A stretch of 63,574 nucleotides of DNA, the filler included, from Folioceros fuciformis (lineage: Eukaryota), in assembly GCA_049999805.1 (NCBI GenBank). It is 22 parts of 22 records of this genome, joined end to end, with 100 filler letters (N's around TTAATTAATTAA, not from the genome) between each part and the next. Parts side by side here need not be neighbours in the genome. Positions count along the whole stretch, not along the records: positions 1 to 3,623 come from JBNGIO010000148.1; positions 3,724 to 5,144 come from JBNGIO010000149.1; positions 5,245 to 12,077 come from JBNGIO010000150.1; 19 more parts are not named here. One strand, written 5' to 3'. This document shows positions 1 to 12,177 of this stretch, piece after piece. A model generated the notes under the pieces. That model was not told where the DNA came from. It searched no databases and worked only from the letters and a program-made list of their open reading frames with translations. Both the position numbers and the translations under genes were made by a program. Positions within the stretch are counted from its first letter, which is position 1, and the number at the start of each line of letters is the position of its first letter.

Positions 1-78
1 CTCAAAAACCTTTGGATATCGCTTGCGCAACCTCAACGACATGTTTCTAGCCATGATTAGAAGACCATGTGAGCCAAG

Positions 79-92
79 GCTCTGATACAATG
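79..92 (-). mobile_element. Degenerate tRNA-iMet primer-binding site and LTR end of a minus-strand LTR retrotransposon
   Basis: Minus strand reads ...TTTCAACA TTGTATCAGAGC, one mismatch from canonical TGGTATCAGAGC, directly after an LTR-terminal CA. Confidence 0.55.
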
Positions 93-319
93 TTGAAATC
101 CTAGCAATAGGATTGCATCTAGTCCAATATGATCAAGATGCAATGCTCAGAGAGATATTTCGTGTTAGTCTCTAAAAAGTGTATACAAAGTGTGTCTTAA
201 ATAGTGTCACTAGGTGTCTCTTCCGAAGAGGCACACCTGTTTGTAATTATTAAATACTATTAATTACGATCTATGGTACCTAGCTAGTCAACAGGGTTAC
301 TGGCAGATTATCCATTTCG

Positions 320-887
320 TAACACAGGGTTAAGGGCAGGGTCCCTTTTAATTCTTGATCGTGCTCTCCGTGTCGTGTCCTCATGATATGTCATTTTCGT
401 TTCCTCGCAGGACTGGAGTGAGTGCCAACCGTGCTTGCATGGTGTTTGGTAGGATCGTGAGTGGCAACATGCTTTTTTTCGAGGTTAGTCTAGTGACTCT
501 TGCCGGGTAGGGGGAGTTCATAGGGAAGCGTAGAAGGTAGTGGTGTCGTTGCTGGTTGCTGGAGTGCGTGAATGAGTGAAGTGAAGTGAGGGAAGTCTCA
601 GATTTGAGAAGCTAGGGTCATTGTAGTGACTGGAGTGAGTTTGTGGGCATTGAGAGAGGTGCAATTGACTGCTGGACAGCGAGGACTGTCCCACGCCTGA
701 TCAGAGCTGGAGGGGAGCCCTCGAATCCGTCATCGAGTCGGTTGAGTCTGACCCTCCATCCAAAGTAGCTAGGAACCCCATTGCTCCTTCGTGGGAACGA
801 AACCCAATGTCTCAACGACAGTGGGATAAGTGTGGCCACTAAAGGTTGACCCTGTTGGCAAACAGTGCCCGGGGTTTTGCCACCACA
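320..887 (+). mobile_element. LTR of gypsy family A (left edge approximate), ending ...GGGGTTTTGCCACCACA
   Basis: About 550-887 closely matches 53627-53980; same terminus precedes the PBS at 51583; about 330-500 matches the reverse complement of about 25350-25530. Confidence 0.8.
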
Positions 888-889
888 GC

Positions 890-2780
890 TTGCCTCCATC
901 GCTGAGGAGGGAGTGCTCTTGGGGGTGCTCTTGAGCAACCCTGTCAGCCCACAACCTGCATCACTTAGCACCTTGCCCCTTGTCGGCCCGTTTCTTAAGT
1001 CACCTAAGGGTCTCTGTTGAGAAGATGCACTGCCTTTGCACTTGCCGACAGCCTGAGTTCGGATTCATTGCCTATACTTGTCTTCACAGCACCCTGCACC
1101 TACCCCCGCTAATCAAGACCTTCTTGCAAACCCGAATGATGGGAGGGAATTGGTTCCTGAGGCTCTACATCGATCGGCACAGCCCGGTCTTCCTCCATGT
1201 CCTCCTTCCATCTGACCTCCAACTCTCCTGGAAGCTTAATTGTAATCGGCGAGGTTAGCAATCCGAAGAAGCCCAGGTGAGCCTTAAATGCTATTCTGGT
1301 GGCAAGGGTGACCTGGCCTCTACCGAACTTAGCATCTTTGACTAAGGCAAGCACTTTCGACTCCCCCATCCACAGCGGCTTGTTGGAGATTGGGATTCGA
1401 CTCTCCCTCCCCAAGTCCAACAGTGTGCTGAAGTATAGAATCGCCGAGGAACCTTCGGCTCTATGACAGATTGCGCTGAACCTAGCCTCCTTTGAAAGCT
1501 TACTTGTGTACTCTTCCCCTGCACCCAAACCCTCTTGCACAATACTCATGGCCTTCCGTCTTATAGTCTCCCATAGTCCAACCATACGGACATCCTCTGC
1601 GACGCCTAGCTGCAGTGATCGAGTAGGTAAAGCCTGCATCCCCTCCTTGTTCGACATCCAGTAGTAGAAGGCGTTCTCCACCTTCTTCCTCATGATGACA
1701 CAAATTTTCACCTGAGTGATGGTTGCGTCTACAAGCCTCGGGAAGAAGTTTTCTTGGATTCGGCGAGCCCATTGCTGCGTAGCCAAGTTAGCTCTCCAAG
1801 GCTTCTTCCGGATTCCTTGAAACCCATAAGGGGGTTCAAACTGAGTCTTCGTAGAGTTGACACTCCTGCCTTCTGGACCTGAGCGGAGCGGACAATTTAG
1901 CTTAAGATGGTTAGTTAGACCACATACTTTGCATCTAACAAGAAGACTAGGGTAATCAAAAAGCTGCGTGTAGCTCTTTGAGGAGTCTACCGGATCACGA
2001 ACCACCACCACCCAGTGGGCAATGAGGAGAGGTTGTCTACTCTTACCCCGAAGCGGGGAGGCTTGTTTCTGTCAAAAAATGGGGAGTCCACCTATGGCAC
2101 CTCAACCACCCGTCCAATTGTTTCCAGCATCCTGTTGATCAGTGGAATAAGTTGCACTGGTAAGGCGGGCAGCCGCACCCAGACAAAGTGCCTCTTGATC
2201 TGGGACTGCATGATTGTGTTGCCGGGAGACCAAGCCTCAACCATCACCGGAGTTGAGCCTCTAAAGGGCTGTGTTGTTTGCGAGAGTGCAAGGGCCCTAA
2301 CAGCTTCATCACATTTCACTTGAAAGAATAGTCATCCTTCAGGAAGACGTAGGCGGGGGGACACCCTATGGCAAGGGTTTCTCCAACCCATTTCTCCAAC
2401 TCACCGACAGAAGGCGCCCCTCTAGCAGAGAGCCGCCCCACCACCGAGCTGCGGACAGCGTAATCTCCTCGGTAAGGATGTCCGCCAAAGGACCAAGTTG
2501 GATGCCGGCCTCCTCATTTGCTGGAGTCAAGACAGATTCCGTACTTACGTCCTCATTTGACCTCCCACGAGCGGTGTCGTCCTCGAGATTCCGTACCTGA
2601 GCCTCCTTCTCAGGCACTGTTTTCTTCCGCCTAAGCTCGTCTGGATTAGCTGCTTCCTCTCGCGCGTTAGGCTTCTGTCCCTTCTGCATGCCTGAGCACA
2701 TACCGGCCACTTCGGCCCATGTGTGGACTGTCGAGGCCCCCCGTGGGGGGCTCATTGCTTCCACTAACTGTTAAGCCATG
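890..2780 (-). mobile_element. Degenerate L1 LINE ORF1 (DUF4283/RRM-like region plus zinc knuckle)
   Basis: TWAEVAG near the start, EAWSP...FVWVRLPALP...LETIGRVV (2092-2319), CKVCGLTNHLKLNC knuckle (1109-2011); broken by stops and frameshifts. Confidence 0.75.
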
Positions 2781-3338
2781 CCCTGCGCACTGCCTAGCGC
2801 TCACCACGCCTTCAATCACGTAATTCAAGTGTTATCTGATTCCATGTAAGGTCCTACGTGTTTGAGCTACACCTCATATCAGTTGACCCTATTCTTGAAA
2901 ATTATCACCCGTCGATGTCTGTCTGCATTTTCCAGAAAGGGTTGCGGGATAGACCGCCGGTCAACTAGCCTAAAACAAGTTGAAGTGCGCCAGTCACTTT
3001 GGTAAAGTGTGCCGGTTGACCGCCGCACACTACCAAACTCACATATATGGCAAGTGGAAAGCGAAACTTGCCTGTCGCTACATACAAAAGTTATCATACC
3101 AGTTTGTACTTAATACTTTTATCTAAACAACTAACAAGTTTTCGTTATTTTCAAGCGGTAGTGTATCCTGGTCACAATTGAGGACGTATAGGTTTCTGCG
3201 AATTAGGGTCCTCGTGCGGGAGGGAAGCTGTTTTTAGCGTGTCAATTCAAATCCATATGCTAGAATGAAAGTGTCTTCAATGAATAATGTATCTATATGC
3301 TTCCAAAGTCTTCTACTTAGCCTGCATCTACGACCTCC

Positions 3339-3623
3339 TCATAACCCTCTTGGCGGATCTTCATGTGGTAAAATCATCTCTTCTTGGTAACGACCCTCAA
3401 AAGCATTTGAACATTTGGTGACCCACCATTGCACTTTTACATATGGTTTTTCGCATGTAATATCAGCCTCTAAGACTTTGGCAATCCAAAACGGCCTATT
3501 GTCTTTGTCAGTCTCGCAAGGGATTGCAATCATATGCCCTTTTTCTATTTCGATTATATCCCCATTCAAACTGTTGCGGTCGTCATTGAGGTCCGTCTCC
3601 CTACAGTATGCCCCCACATACAT
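3339..3623 (-). pseudogene. Fragment of a probable transposon-associated protein with a small beta-barrel (BAH/Tudor-like) signature
   Basis: GHMIAIPCE...RPFWIAKVL...VKVQWW...FEGRY pattern; runs off the contig end; family assignment is pattern recognition only. Confidence 0.3.
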
Positions 3624-3723
3624 NNNNNNNNNNNNNNNNNNNNNNNNNNNNNNNNNNNNNNNNNNNNTTAATTAATTAANNNNNNNNNNNNNNNNNNNNN
3701 NNNNNNNNNNNNNNNNNNNNNNN
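3624..3723. other. Artificial 100-bp contig spacer (N44-TTAATTAATTAA-N44); first of 21, others start at 5145, 12078, 17923, 19868, 24924, 29240, 30874, 32976, 37110, 42083, 44135, 45778, 47505, 49146, 51439, 53527, 55313, 57625, 59122, 62469
   Basis: Same length and content every time; TTAATTAATTAA puts stops in all six frames; ORFs are cut at the edges. Confidence 0.98.
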
Positions 3724-3824
3724 GTGTTCTTCCACCGCTGATCATGCCGATACGTGTATAATTATATTAGAAATTAAAGGACCTTCGTGCCCAAAATTTA
3801 GTTCATTCAGCACTGGACTTAAGC

Positions 3825-5144
3825 ATGATGTCTCATGCTCGAGAGGCTTCGAGTTCCAAGGCCATTTGGGACTCCCTCTGCCAAGTCCACCAAAAGAAGA
3901 GCGTGACATCACTGGTTCATGCCACACGCGACTTCTATAACCTGAGAATGCGAGATGGTGATACAGTTGAGAATCATGTCAGTCGATTTCGGATGCTTCG
4001 CACCAAACTCATTACTGCTGGCACAACTGTAGACGAACTCCAAGCTGCTGTGGCTCTCCTCATGTCTCTTCCAGAGAAGTACAACAGCTTTGTGAGCACA
4101 CAAAATCAACACATCACCACTGCCCAAGCAGCGGTGGCTGCAGGAACACCATCGCCAATCACATTATCAGACATCATTGGTGCCTTACTGAATGAAGAGG
4201 CAACTCACATTCGAGGCCAAGGCTCCTCCTCTAACAATGCTGCAAGAGCCATGTTTGTATCTCGAGGTCGAGGACGACATACCACTAGTGGCCCTCGTCC
4301 ACCTTACAAGCCGACTGGTTCTCGCCCAACATGGCTAGCCTCGAAGTCTAACACTTCAAAGAGAGGCCCCTGCACCTGGTGCAGAATTCCTGGCCATACA
4401 GAAGCTGAATGCCGTAAGAAACAAAACGGCGAACCTAAAAGAGAGGCTCCACCTTCAGCTCATGTATCCTCAAAGAAAAGTTTGGGTGCCATGCTTACAG
4501 TATGCATGGTTTCCTCGTCCCAAGATAGACATGCTTGGTATCTAGACTCAGGTGCCACAACACATGTCTGTAATACACGTACAGCATTCACCACGTTGAT
4601 ACCTTCTCCTAAGGGACGGTTTGTCCTTATAGGTGATGACAGTGGTCTATGCATTGAGGGCATGGGTACAGTGGTCCTCCATCCTGCACATGGTCAACAA
4701 ATTACGTTTTCAAATGTTATCTATGTGCCACAGATGGCAAAGAACTTGGTGTCTCTTAGGCGTCTGTCTCCTCCGTTGCTCAGACTAGAGATGACCACAA
4801 AGGGCCTTGCTCTAAGAGAAGCTGCTGCACCAAACAAGTTGCTGGCTACCTGTACTCTCAACAACGATCTATATCAGTTTGACTTGAAGAGTAATCCGGT
4901 GCAGCACCTGAAGGCTTCAACAGTTAATGTAGCAATGGCTTCCCCGCCTAATGAAACACAGCTATGGCACTGTCGACTGGGCCATGTACATCTACAACGG
5001 CTTCAGTCCTTGTCTGCTTCATCCTTGTATCGGACTCCTTTGAAGTTTAAATCCGACAAGTCACTCTTCTGCGAGGCTTGCATACAAGGGAAGCACTATA
5101 AAGCTCCACATCCAAGTCAAGATGCTACCAGGGCTACTCACCTT
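3825..5144 (+). mobile_element. Ty1/copia gag-pol, open and truncated by the spacer (gag, CCHC knuckle, protease, GAG-pre-integrase)
   Basis: LLMSLPEKY gag motif, CTWCRIPGHTEAEC, WYLDSGATTH, VIYVPQMAKNLVS, LWHCRLGH...CEACIQGK. Confidence 0.95.
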
Positions 5145-5720
5145 NNNNNNNNNNNNNNNNNNNNNNNNNNNNNNNNNNNNNNNNNNNNTTAATTAATTAA
5201 NNNNNNNNNNNNNNNNNNNNNNNNNNNNNNNNNNNNNNNNNNNNGACAAGGACAACAACTCAACAATGGTGGAGAAAGCTTGTTGCAACATCAATTGTTG
5301 ACAAGGACGATTCTTCTAGGCAGAGAAAGATAAGGAAAGTTGCCCATGCTTTTGAAGACCCACCTTGCAAGGCAGTGGAGATCAATGCTGAGACATTGGA
5401 ACAAATATCTCAAGATGAAGACTACTTGAATACTATCCGAAAGAAGGCATATGCAAAAAGAATTCGATCAACTACTTTTGACCTACATGTGTATATGTTG
5501 CAACTAGCCTCTTATATAACAATTGACACTCAAATTATAGATGTGGATAAAGCTTAGATGAAGTATCTTATTAGGCAGATGCAGAGTGGTTCAATGAAGA
5601 AAGGGGTTTGCCTTTACTCTTTATGATACAACCCTCACAAGCTAGCAAAAAAGAGCAGGTATCTATGAAGAAGATATCAACCTAATAGTACTATATGGCA
5701 TCTTAGGCACAAACCACTAT

Positions 5721-5836
5721 TTCGCTACAATGCAAAAGCTGCATCAAATGTATCCATTGTGTCGCTACAATACAGAAGTTGCATCAAATATATCCACTAT
5801 GTCACTACAATGTAAAAGTTGCATCAAATGTATCCC
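5721..5836 (+). repeat. 40-bp tandem repeat, about 3 copies
   Basis: Units of GTCGCTACAATRCARAAGTTGCATCAAATRTATCCAYTRT at 5721, 5761 and 5801. Confidence 0.9.
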
Positions 5837-6254
5837 AGTGAAAACAAGTATGAATGGATGGAGGGCCACAAAAATGTGGGTTGACAAAAGAGGAGATGAG
5901 GGTGCTTGCAATTGACCACAATGTGTATACCAACAACCATAAGAGAATGGGCTTTATAGAGCAAGTTAGATACATCCACGATAAGCTTAGCATCTTTTAG
6001 AGGTCTTTTCAATTATACAAACTATTAGGGATGAATGAGGAGTTAAGAGATCCAAAAAACAAAGATTCGGTGTAAATAGTGATGGATAGGTAAACTCTAC
6101 CATCTTGAATTGCAACGTTCATAGATGCTCTATGGGAAAATGTCGAATGGATCTTATACATGTAGAAAAAATTCGAGCTCTTGAAATAGGCTATGAGTAG
6201 ATGAGGGGCATAAAGAAATGTCCAAAGGCAAAGCTAAGGACAAATGCAACGTCC

Positions 6255-6548
6255 AATATGCAGAGCGTAGAGGACCTTCAAAAGCTTTTAGCTATGCCAC
6301 TTCTAGTATGTAGAGTGCAGAAGACCTTCAAAAACATTAAGCTATGAAACGTCTAGTATGTAGAGTGCAGAGAACCTTCAAAAGCTTTTAGCTATGCCAC
6401 TTCTAGTATGTAGAGTGCAGAAGACCTTCAAAAGCATTAAGCTATGAAACCTTTAGTATGTAGAGTGCAGAGGACCTTCAAAAACGTTTAGCTATGCAAC
6501 ATCTAGTATGCAAGAGTGCAGAGAACCTTCAAAAGCTTTAAATATGCA
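6255..6548 (+). repeat. 50-bp minisatellite, about 6 copies, with alternating A/B variants
   Basis: TAGTATGTAGAGTGCAG..ACCTTCAAAA..AGCTATG recurs every 50 bp; 6301-6400 closely matches 6401-6500. Confidence 0.92.
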
Positions 6549-7414
6549 AGGACGTCCTTGGAGAGGACATTTTAAGGAGTTTGAAATGACATAAAAAGAG
6601 GAGGAGATGCTCATGGTAGTCACCCAAAAAATAATTTGAAAAAAATCCATTTGAAGAATAAAGATTCTAAAAGTCAAAAGGAAGAAAAATATACATCTAA
6701 TGCATATTGCATTTCAAATGGTGTTGAAATGCGACTGATCCAAGAAGGTTGCTCATATGTACAAGCATATTGAAAATACCTAGTTCTTGAAGTTTCAAAA
6801 TGCTTTCACAAGAGTGATAAGACCTCAATTTATCTTTGCTAGCATAGATAAAGATGCTTAAAAGGCCTCCAGTGTGTCGGTCTAGTGTGTCGGTCTACCA
6901 ACACACTAGGGCTTGAGCATGCAACTATTATGTCCTCTCTTATTTAAGAAGTTGTGGACAGTGCCAACCTCGAATCCTTGCCCAAGCCTTTCAAAGATTA
7001 TGTCTACGTGGAGGAAGAAAATTGAAAGCGTATGGAGGAAGAAAATTGGAAATTAAGTAGATGCGGATATGGAACCGATAATGTCAAAAGAGAGACGGTA
7101 ACTTAATGGTGAGAAAACAGCCTTTCGGTTACAAGGCGACGACCCACGGAACTGCGCAGTGCCGCACGCAGCAGTAGAACTGGGCTACATTGTTCGGTGG
7201 TCACTGCTCGCCGATTTGTGGCCATGGGTAGTCTAAGCCCTGGGAGCGAATCTGAGACGTCATCTGACGTCTGGTCAATCCCTGAGGGTGTGTGTGAACC
7301 TTGTGGTTGATTTGATGAAAGTACCCTGTTCGATGTCTTGCTTGGGACTCCAGAAGCTTTCTCCTTTTCTCTGTGCCCCACCGTGACGACAGCCCTTTTG
7401 CAGATATCTGCAGC

Positions 7415-9519
7415 ATGGCGGAAGAACTTGAAAGGAAGGCATCTCAGGTGCGTTTGGAAGCCCTGAGTTCTTGGAGCCGTTTAATGGATGATGTGCATTC
7501 CGAATTGCAACTGTCTGATTCGGATGTAAGGAAGCGCCGAGACCTTGTGCTATCTGTGGATGCGCTTGTCAAGTCACAAGTTCCTGGTGAGCACTTGATT
7601 GCAAGTCCATGTCCTGGACTCGCTGCTGAGACTTTTAATTGTTATTAAGTGTAATTGCAGGGAGCTCTATTACTCCTTTCGGCTCTTATACCATGGCATT
7701 ATCTACTCCATCGAGTGACCTGGATCTTTCTCTGAGTATCTCTTCACATCAGCAGAGAAACCCATCAAAAGACTACCAAATATTTTATCTTAAAAGGTTG
7801 CGGAGGGCCTTGCAAAAAGCTTCTTCAGGTACACTCTGGTATATCTGTAAGTTCTGCTCCTTTTTCCGTTTGTATATGGGTTCTCTTCTCCGTTGCTGTC
7901 TTAAGCGGGATGTATGTTTGGATGAGTGGCTTCACAACATAGGGTAGTCGGAAGGAACAAATGAGTGACGGAACTTGAGATCGCATGTATGAGGTTGCCT
8001 AATTGTGCAGCTCTGCCCTGCCCTGCCCTGTCGCTTCAGGATTCAACGGTGTTGAAGCAGTGTTTGGAGCAGCGGTTCCTGTTATTAAGTTTCAGGACTG
8101 CAGAAGTGGAATTGAGTGTGACCTGTCTATAGATAATGAAGATGGGATTATGAAATCTAGCATATTAGGCTTTGTTGGTGGGATAGACGAGCGGTTCGGC
8201 AAGCTTTGCTACTTGGTCTGTGATCTACCCTTTTGCCCATGCTTTCCTATCCCCTCTCGTATATGAGCTGGCTTTTGTGGGATCAAAATTTTGTGAATCC
8301 TTCCAAGTTTAAGGTCCCAACTTCAAGTTTTCCATGTTGTGGGCCCTTGGATTGTCAACTGATTCAGCTGATTGACATGGCTTTGTAGGTGAAAGCATGG
8401 GCCAAAGCTCAGAACGTCAACGACTCCAAGACAGGCTCGCCAAACTCGTTTACATGGATTCTTCTTGTTGTCTTACATCTTCAGACTCGCTCACCACCGA
8501 TATTGCCCCCGTTTTCAAATTTTTTGAAAGGCACGTATTACTGTCCATGGTGCTTTGATATTTGGGTCTGGTCTGCTTTTGTAGTTCTTAGCATGACTCT
8601 TGTCTCGGGCTCCAGGTTTGTGCTTTCCGAGTCATCCAAGCTTACACAAGGTAAGAAATCGCATTGAACAACTTCGTGGCTTTGGTCAAAGCAACTTTGA
8701 GACCATCCCAAAGCTGTTTGGCTCATTCTTCACCAAGGTTAGAACGGCTTTGAATCGTTAAGGGTTATCATCGCTGTCCACCGTGTACACCATCAGGTGC
8801 GCTGACAGGCATGGTACTGTGCAGCTGGTGGCAGTTGAGAGTCTCTGGGGGCGAGGGCTGTGTGCAAGTGTATGGGAGGGTAAATGGATCCATAGTACAA
8901 TGTGGATAAAGTCAAATAACATCGGCTGTGTGTGTGTAAGTTTTTAACGCTCGTGGTTCTGGGACATCGTTGTCATACGACCCTGATATTTGTTTTGCTT
9001 CTGTAGGTGGAAGACTTTCTTGATCGCGCAATCAATGTTGCAAGGGCTGTTCAGAGAAAGGAAATGACGAGGCTCTCTTCTGTGTTGCGCATCACGGTTG
9101 ACATGCTTAAGTCACCAAAAGAAGATATCGGCTCCGTTTGTGTGCGCCTTTTCGGTGTGGCGGGTGAAAGCAGAAAGCGCCCGCCCCAGCAGCACCTACC
9201 GGAGGTTTGGGGGAAACGAGTGTCAGTTCGAGAGGATCCTTTTGCAAGAAGAATTGGACCTGGCTGGCCTCCCGGCATCCAACAAACGATTCCAAACCCC
9301 CGAGATGGAGGTGAATGTGCATATTCAGGAAGGCAAGCTGTCAGGGTACCCGTCAAAAATATGAATCAGGCCATATGCCATCCTGTGGCCTTGGGTCGGG
9401 CAGGTGAAAGGACTTCCGTTCCCGATCATGTGTATGCTGCAAGACCTCAGGTCGGTGCATTTATGCCGTCTTCTTTGGCACCGCCCTCAACCAAGGATTA
9501 TATAGCACCCGGATTCTGA
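7415..9519 (+). CDS. HESO1: HESO1-like terminal uridylyltransferase; exons approx 7415-7586, 7661-7828, 8040-8215, 8389-8530, 8616-8737, 8825-8935, 9007-9519
   Basis: PFGSYTM..STPSSDLDLS nucleotidyltransferase motif, AAVPVIKFQD..SGIECDLSIDN, IDERF..LCYLVKAWAKAQNVND, GLCASVWEGKW, VEDFLDRAINVARAV; splice sites keep the frame, including a GC donor at 8531. Confidence 0.9.
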
Positions 9520-10206
9520 CCGACCCGAATCTCAATCCTCGTTTCCCTGGTAGAGCGGCCGAGGGGCCCATGCCGACGTTGAGTAGTGAGTGACATAGTT
9601 CGAGAGGGGAGCTTGTTCTCCTATTTTGCCAGGAGTCTATAGAGGGCTTGGATCCCCATTAGCATATCGTAACAAACATGCGTAAAGATCGACTAGCCGT
9701 CCAGCAATGACACGTTGAGACGCTATAGGATAGTCGACAAAGGCTTTGGCAAGTCGTGACCGTCTATTTCCCGGAATCATGTATCGGTGACCGGCCCGAC
9801 CATTTACTATCAGGCACCTACGGTTGGATGTGAAATATCGAACACAAGTGTCCGTCCTGCAGAATCACAAGTCACTACACGTCAAGTGCCCAAAGTTTTC
9901 ACGATGAAATAATGACGGCAAATGGTAAACCTTTGAGTCCTCAATGGACCAAACTGTATTGCTAAGTACCTAGTTAATGAAATGGCAAACCTTAAGTCCT
10001 CAACGAACTACGCTGCGCTGTTAAGTACCGAGTTAGTGGCACGATGACTTGCAAGTCATCCATGCTTTGGCGGATGAGTAAAACGAACCCCGGAGGCAAT
10101 GTTCCGGTCAGTGACAGGGTCCATGAAAAAGTCCTTGTCTCAGCCGTTGCAATCGCCCTGAAATTTCCCTGCCGCGAAGTAGACCGGAATCACCTGAGCA
10201 AATGGC

Positions 10207-11038
10207 TCACGACTGCATGCTGCCGTTAGGCATGTATTCCCTGTTGCCAACCCGGGCACCTCGGGCATGCTCGTCTTGGTCACTGTAGCATAAACATAAA
10301 ATCAAGAGGATTGCACCACCAAACACAGCTATGGGGTGGAAAATCCACGTAAGGAGAACAAAGCCCAAATAAAATATTCTATTGGCCGAGGTGGACAAGG
10401 AGGAGGCGGTATCGAGGACATCCGCCACCCGCTCCGGGCTCCATCCAATATCCTGGGCTCTCAGCAAAGGAATGTTGATGAGTATGTTGACATGATTATA
10501 TACCTTGATAGATTGAATATAGAGCAGGAAACAGATGAGGAAGCAGGCGCAAAGAACCCCGAACTTGAATGTGACGAGGATATCATTCTCGGAAAAAATA
10601 GAGCGAGTCAGGGGCATTTTGATTTGGTAACTGCTGCTGACGATAGCCGCCATTCCTGTGGTGATGAGAATCGCCGATGTTGCCATTAAAGTCGACCCCA
10701 TTATGCAGTTCCTGAGAGTCTGGACAGCCAGAACAGCACTGCTCGGGTTATCCTGCGACAAGGCATCGTGCCGTGAGCTCAGCTTCTCGGATAAACAGTG
10801 TAATACACAGAAACGTTTAAGATGTACACATGCAGATTGATCCCAGAAAACGACAACAGCATGGCATTGGCGCAGAGTAAAGGGCATGTACACGTACTTG
10901 CATAATGCTTTTCACCCACTCTCTTCTGCCGAGGCTAAGTCTACTCCTGCCGACTGTTCTCTGTTTGTACCACCTGTAAATGTGATAAGCTGCCACCAAC
11001 ATCACTGCCGCAACGCCTGAGCAAATGTCGAGTGCCAT
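10207..11038 (-). CDS. DUF599 family membrane protein; exons 11038-10898 and 10752-10207
   Basis: AYHIY...RREWVKSIMQ joined to DN..AVLAVQTLRNCIMGSTLMATSAIL, then QSIKVYNHVNILIN and LTWIFHP; GT-AG intron. Confidence 0.9.
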
Positions 11039-12177
11039 TAAGCTCCTCATCGTTCTCCGCAGGCTCCAGGAAATGGTTGTATTCTGATAGCAAGCGATCA
11101 AGAGAGTGTCACTGTCTGTACCTATTTCTCTACAAAACATGAATGCACAGCTCCTTCATGGGTGAAGAGTTGCCTGTGTCACTCACACAAGAACGATCAG
11201 CTTTCTCTCTTTGAGAGATTTATTAGTGCAGCCACATGGCTTGTGGAAGAAGCGGGACGATTGAAAACCTCGAGCTGCCTGGTAGAATATTTTACGTTGA
11301 ACTCTCCAACGTTACAAATTCTAACAGACCTTATACTCCCCGAGAGCAACGTCACACAATGATCCAACTCAAGCAAGACACGGTCCGGAAAGACAGCCGA
11401 GGTGATGAATGCGCAGGGCAAACTTGCTGTCTTCCAAGTTTCACACACAGAACAATGTGTGCACACAGCTCCACGTCTCAAGGAAGCACGAACCACACAC
11501 ACTACGAAGCAAAGGGGATGAGGTGCGGGTACCACCCCACGCCAACAAGCTCGAATTCACAAAAACATCCCCAGATCCAAGCATTCGAAGGAGGCCGGAC
11601 AAAAGAAAACCATCACAAGCTCAAAACGGAAAACAGAGCGAACAATTTGCGTACCGTCACCTTCGGTTATTACAGTCGAGGTAGCTATTCCGGATCCCTG
11701 AACTGATTCGAGAGAGAGAGACGCTCCAGCAGAGCGAGCAACTTCTCAGTCGCAATCACCACGCACCAAGCAAGGGAAAAGACGGAGCGCAACCATGGCG
11801 CCCCCTTGCAACACGGAACTGTCTTCAGATGCTGCTAGCCGGCAATGCAGGGCACCGAGCGACTCGAAAACCGCTCAACTCCGTGTGGCGAGGGAGGTGG
11901 CGCAGCCGAGCTGTGTCGGACACACAGACGGTACATACTCCGGGCATGAACAGCAAGGCAATAGTCGAAGACGCACGCCGTATGCATGCGTGAGCCGATG
12001 AGACGTCTCGAGGTAACCGCCTGGAGGTGTTGCAGCACTGAACGGCAGGAATGGGACTCGGCCCGCGGGAGCAGCAGNNNNNNNNNNNNNNNNNNNNNNN
12101 NNNNNNNNNNNNNNNNNNNNNTTAATTAATTAANNNNNNNNNNNNNNNNNNNNNNNNNNNNNNNNNNNNNNNNNNNN

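Noticed and set aside
3668-3679. Recurrent TTAATTAATTAA as a biological repeat or CRISPR-like element
   Set aside because: Always centred in 88 Ns; an assembly spacer with six-frame stops.
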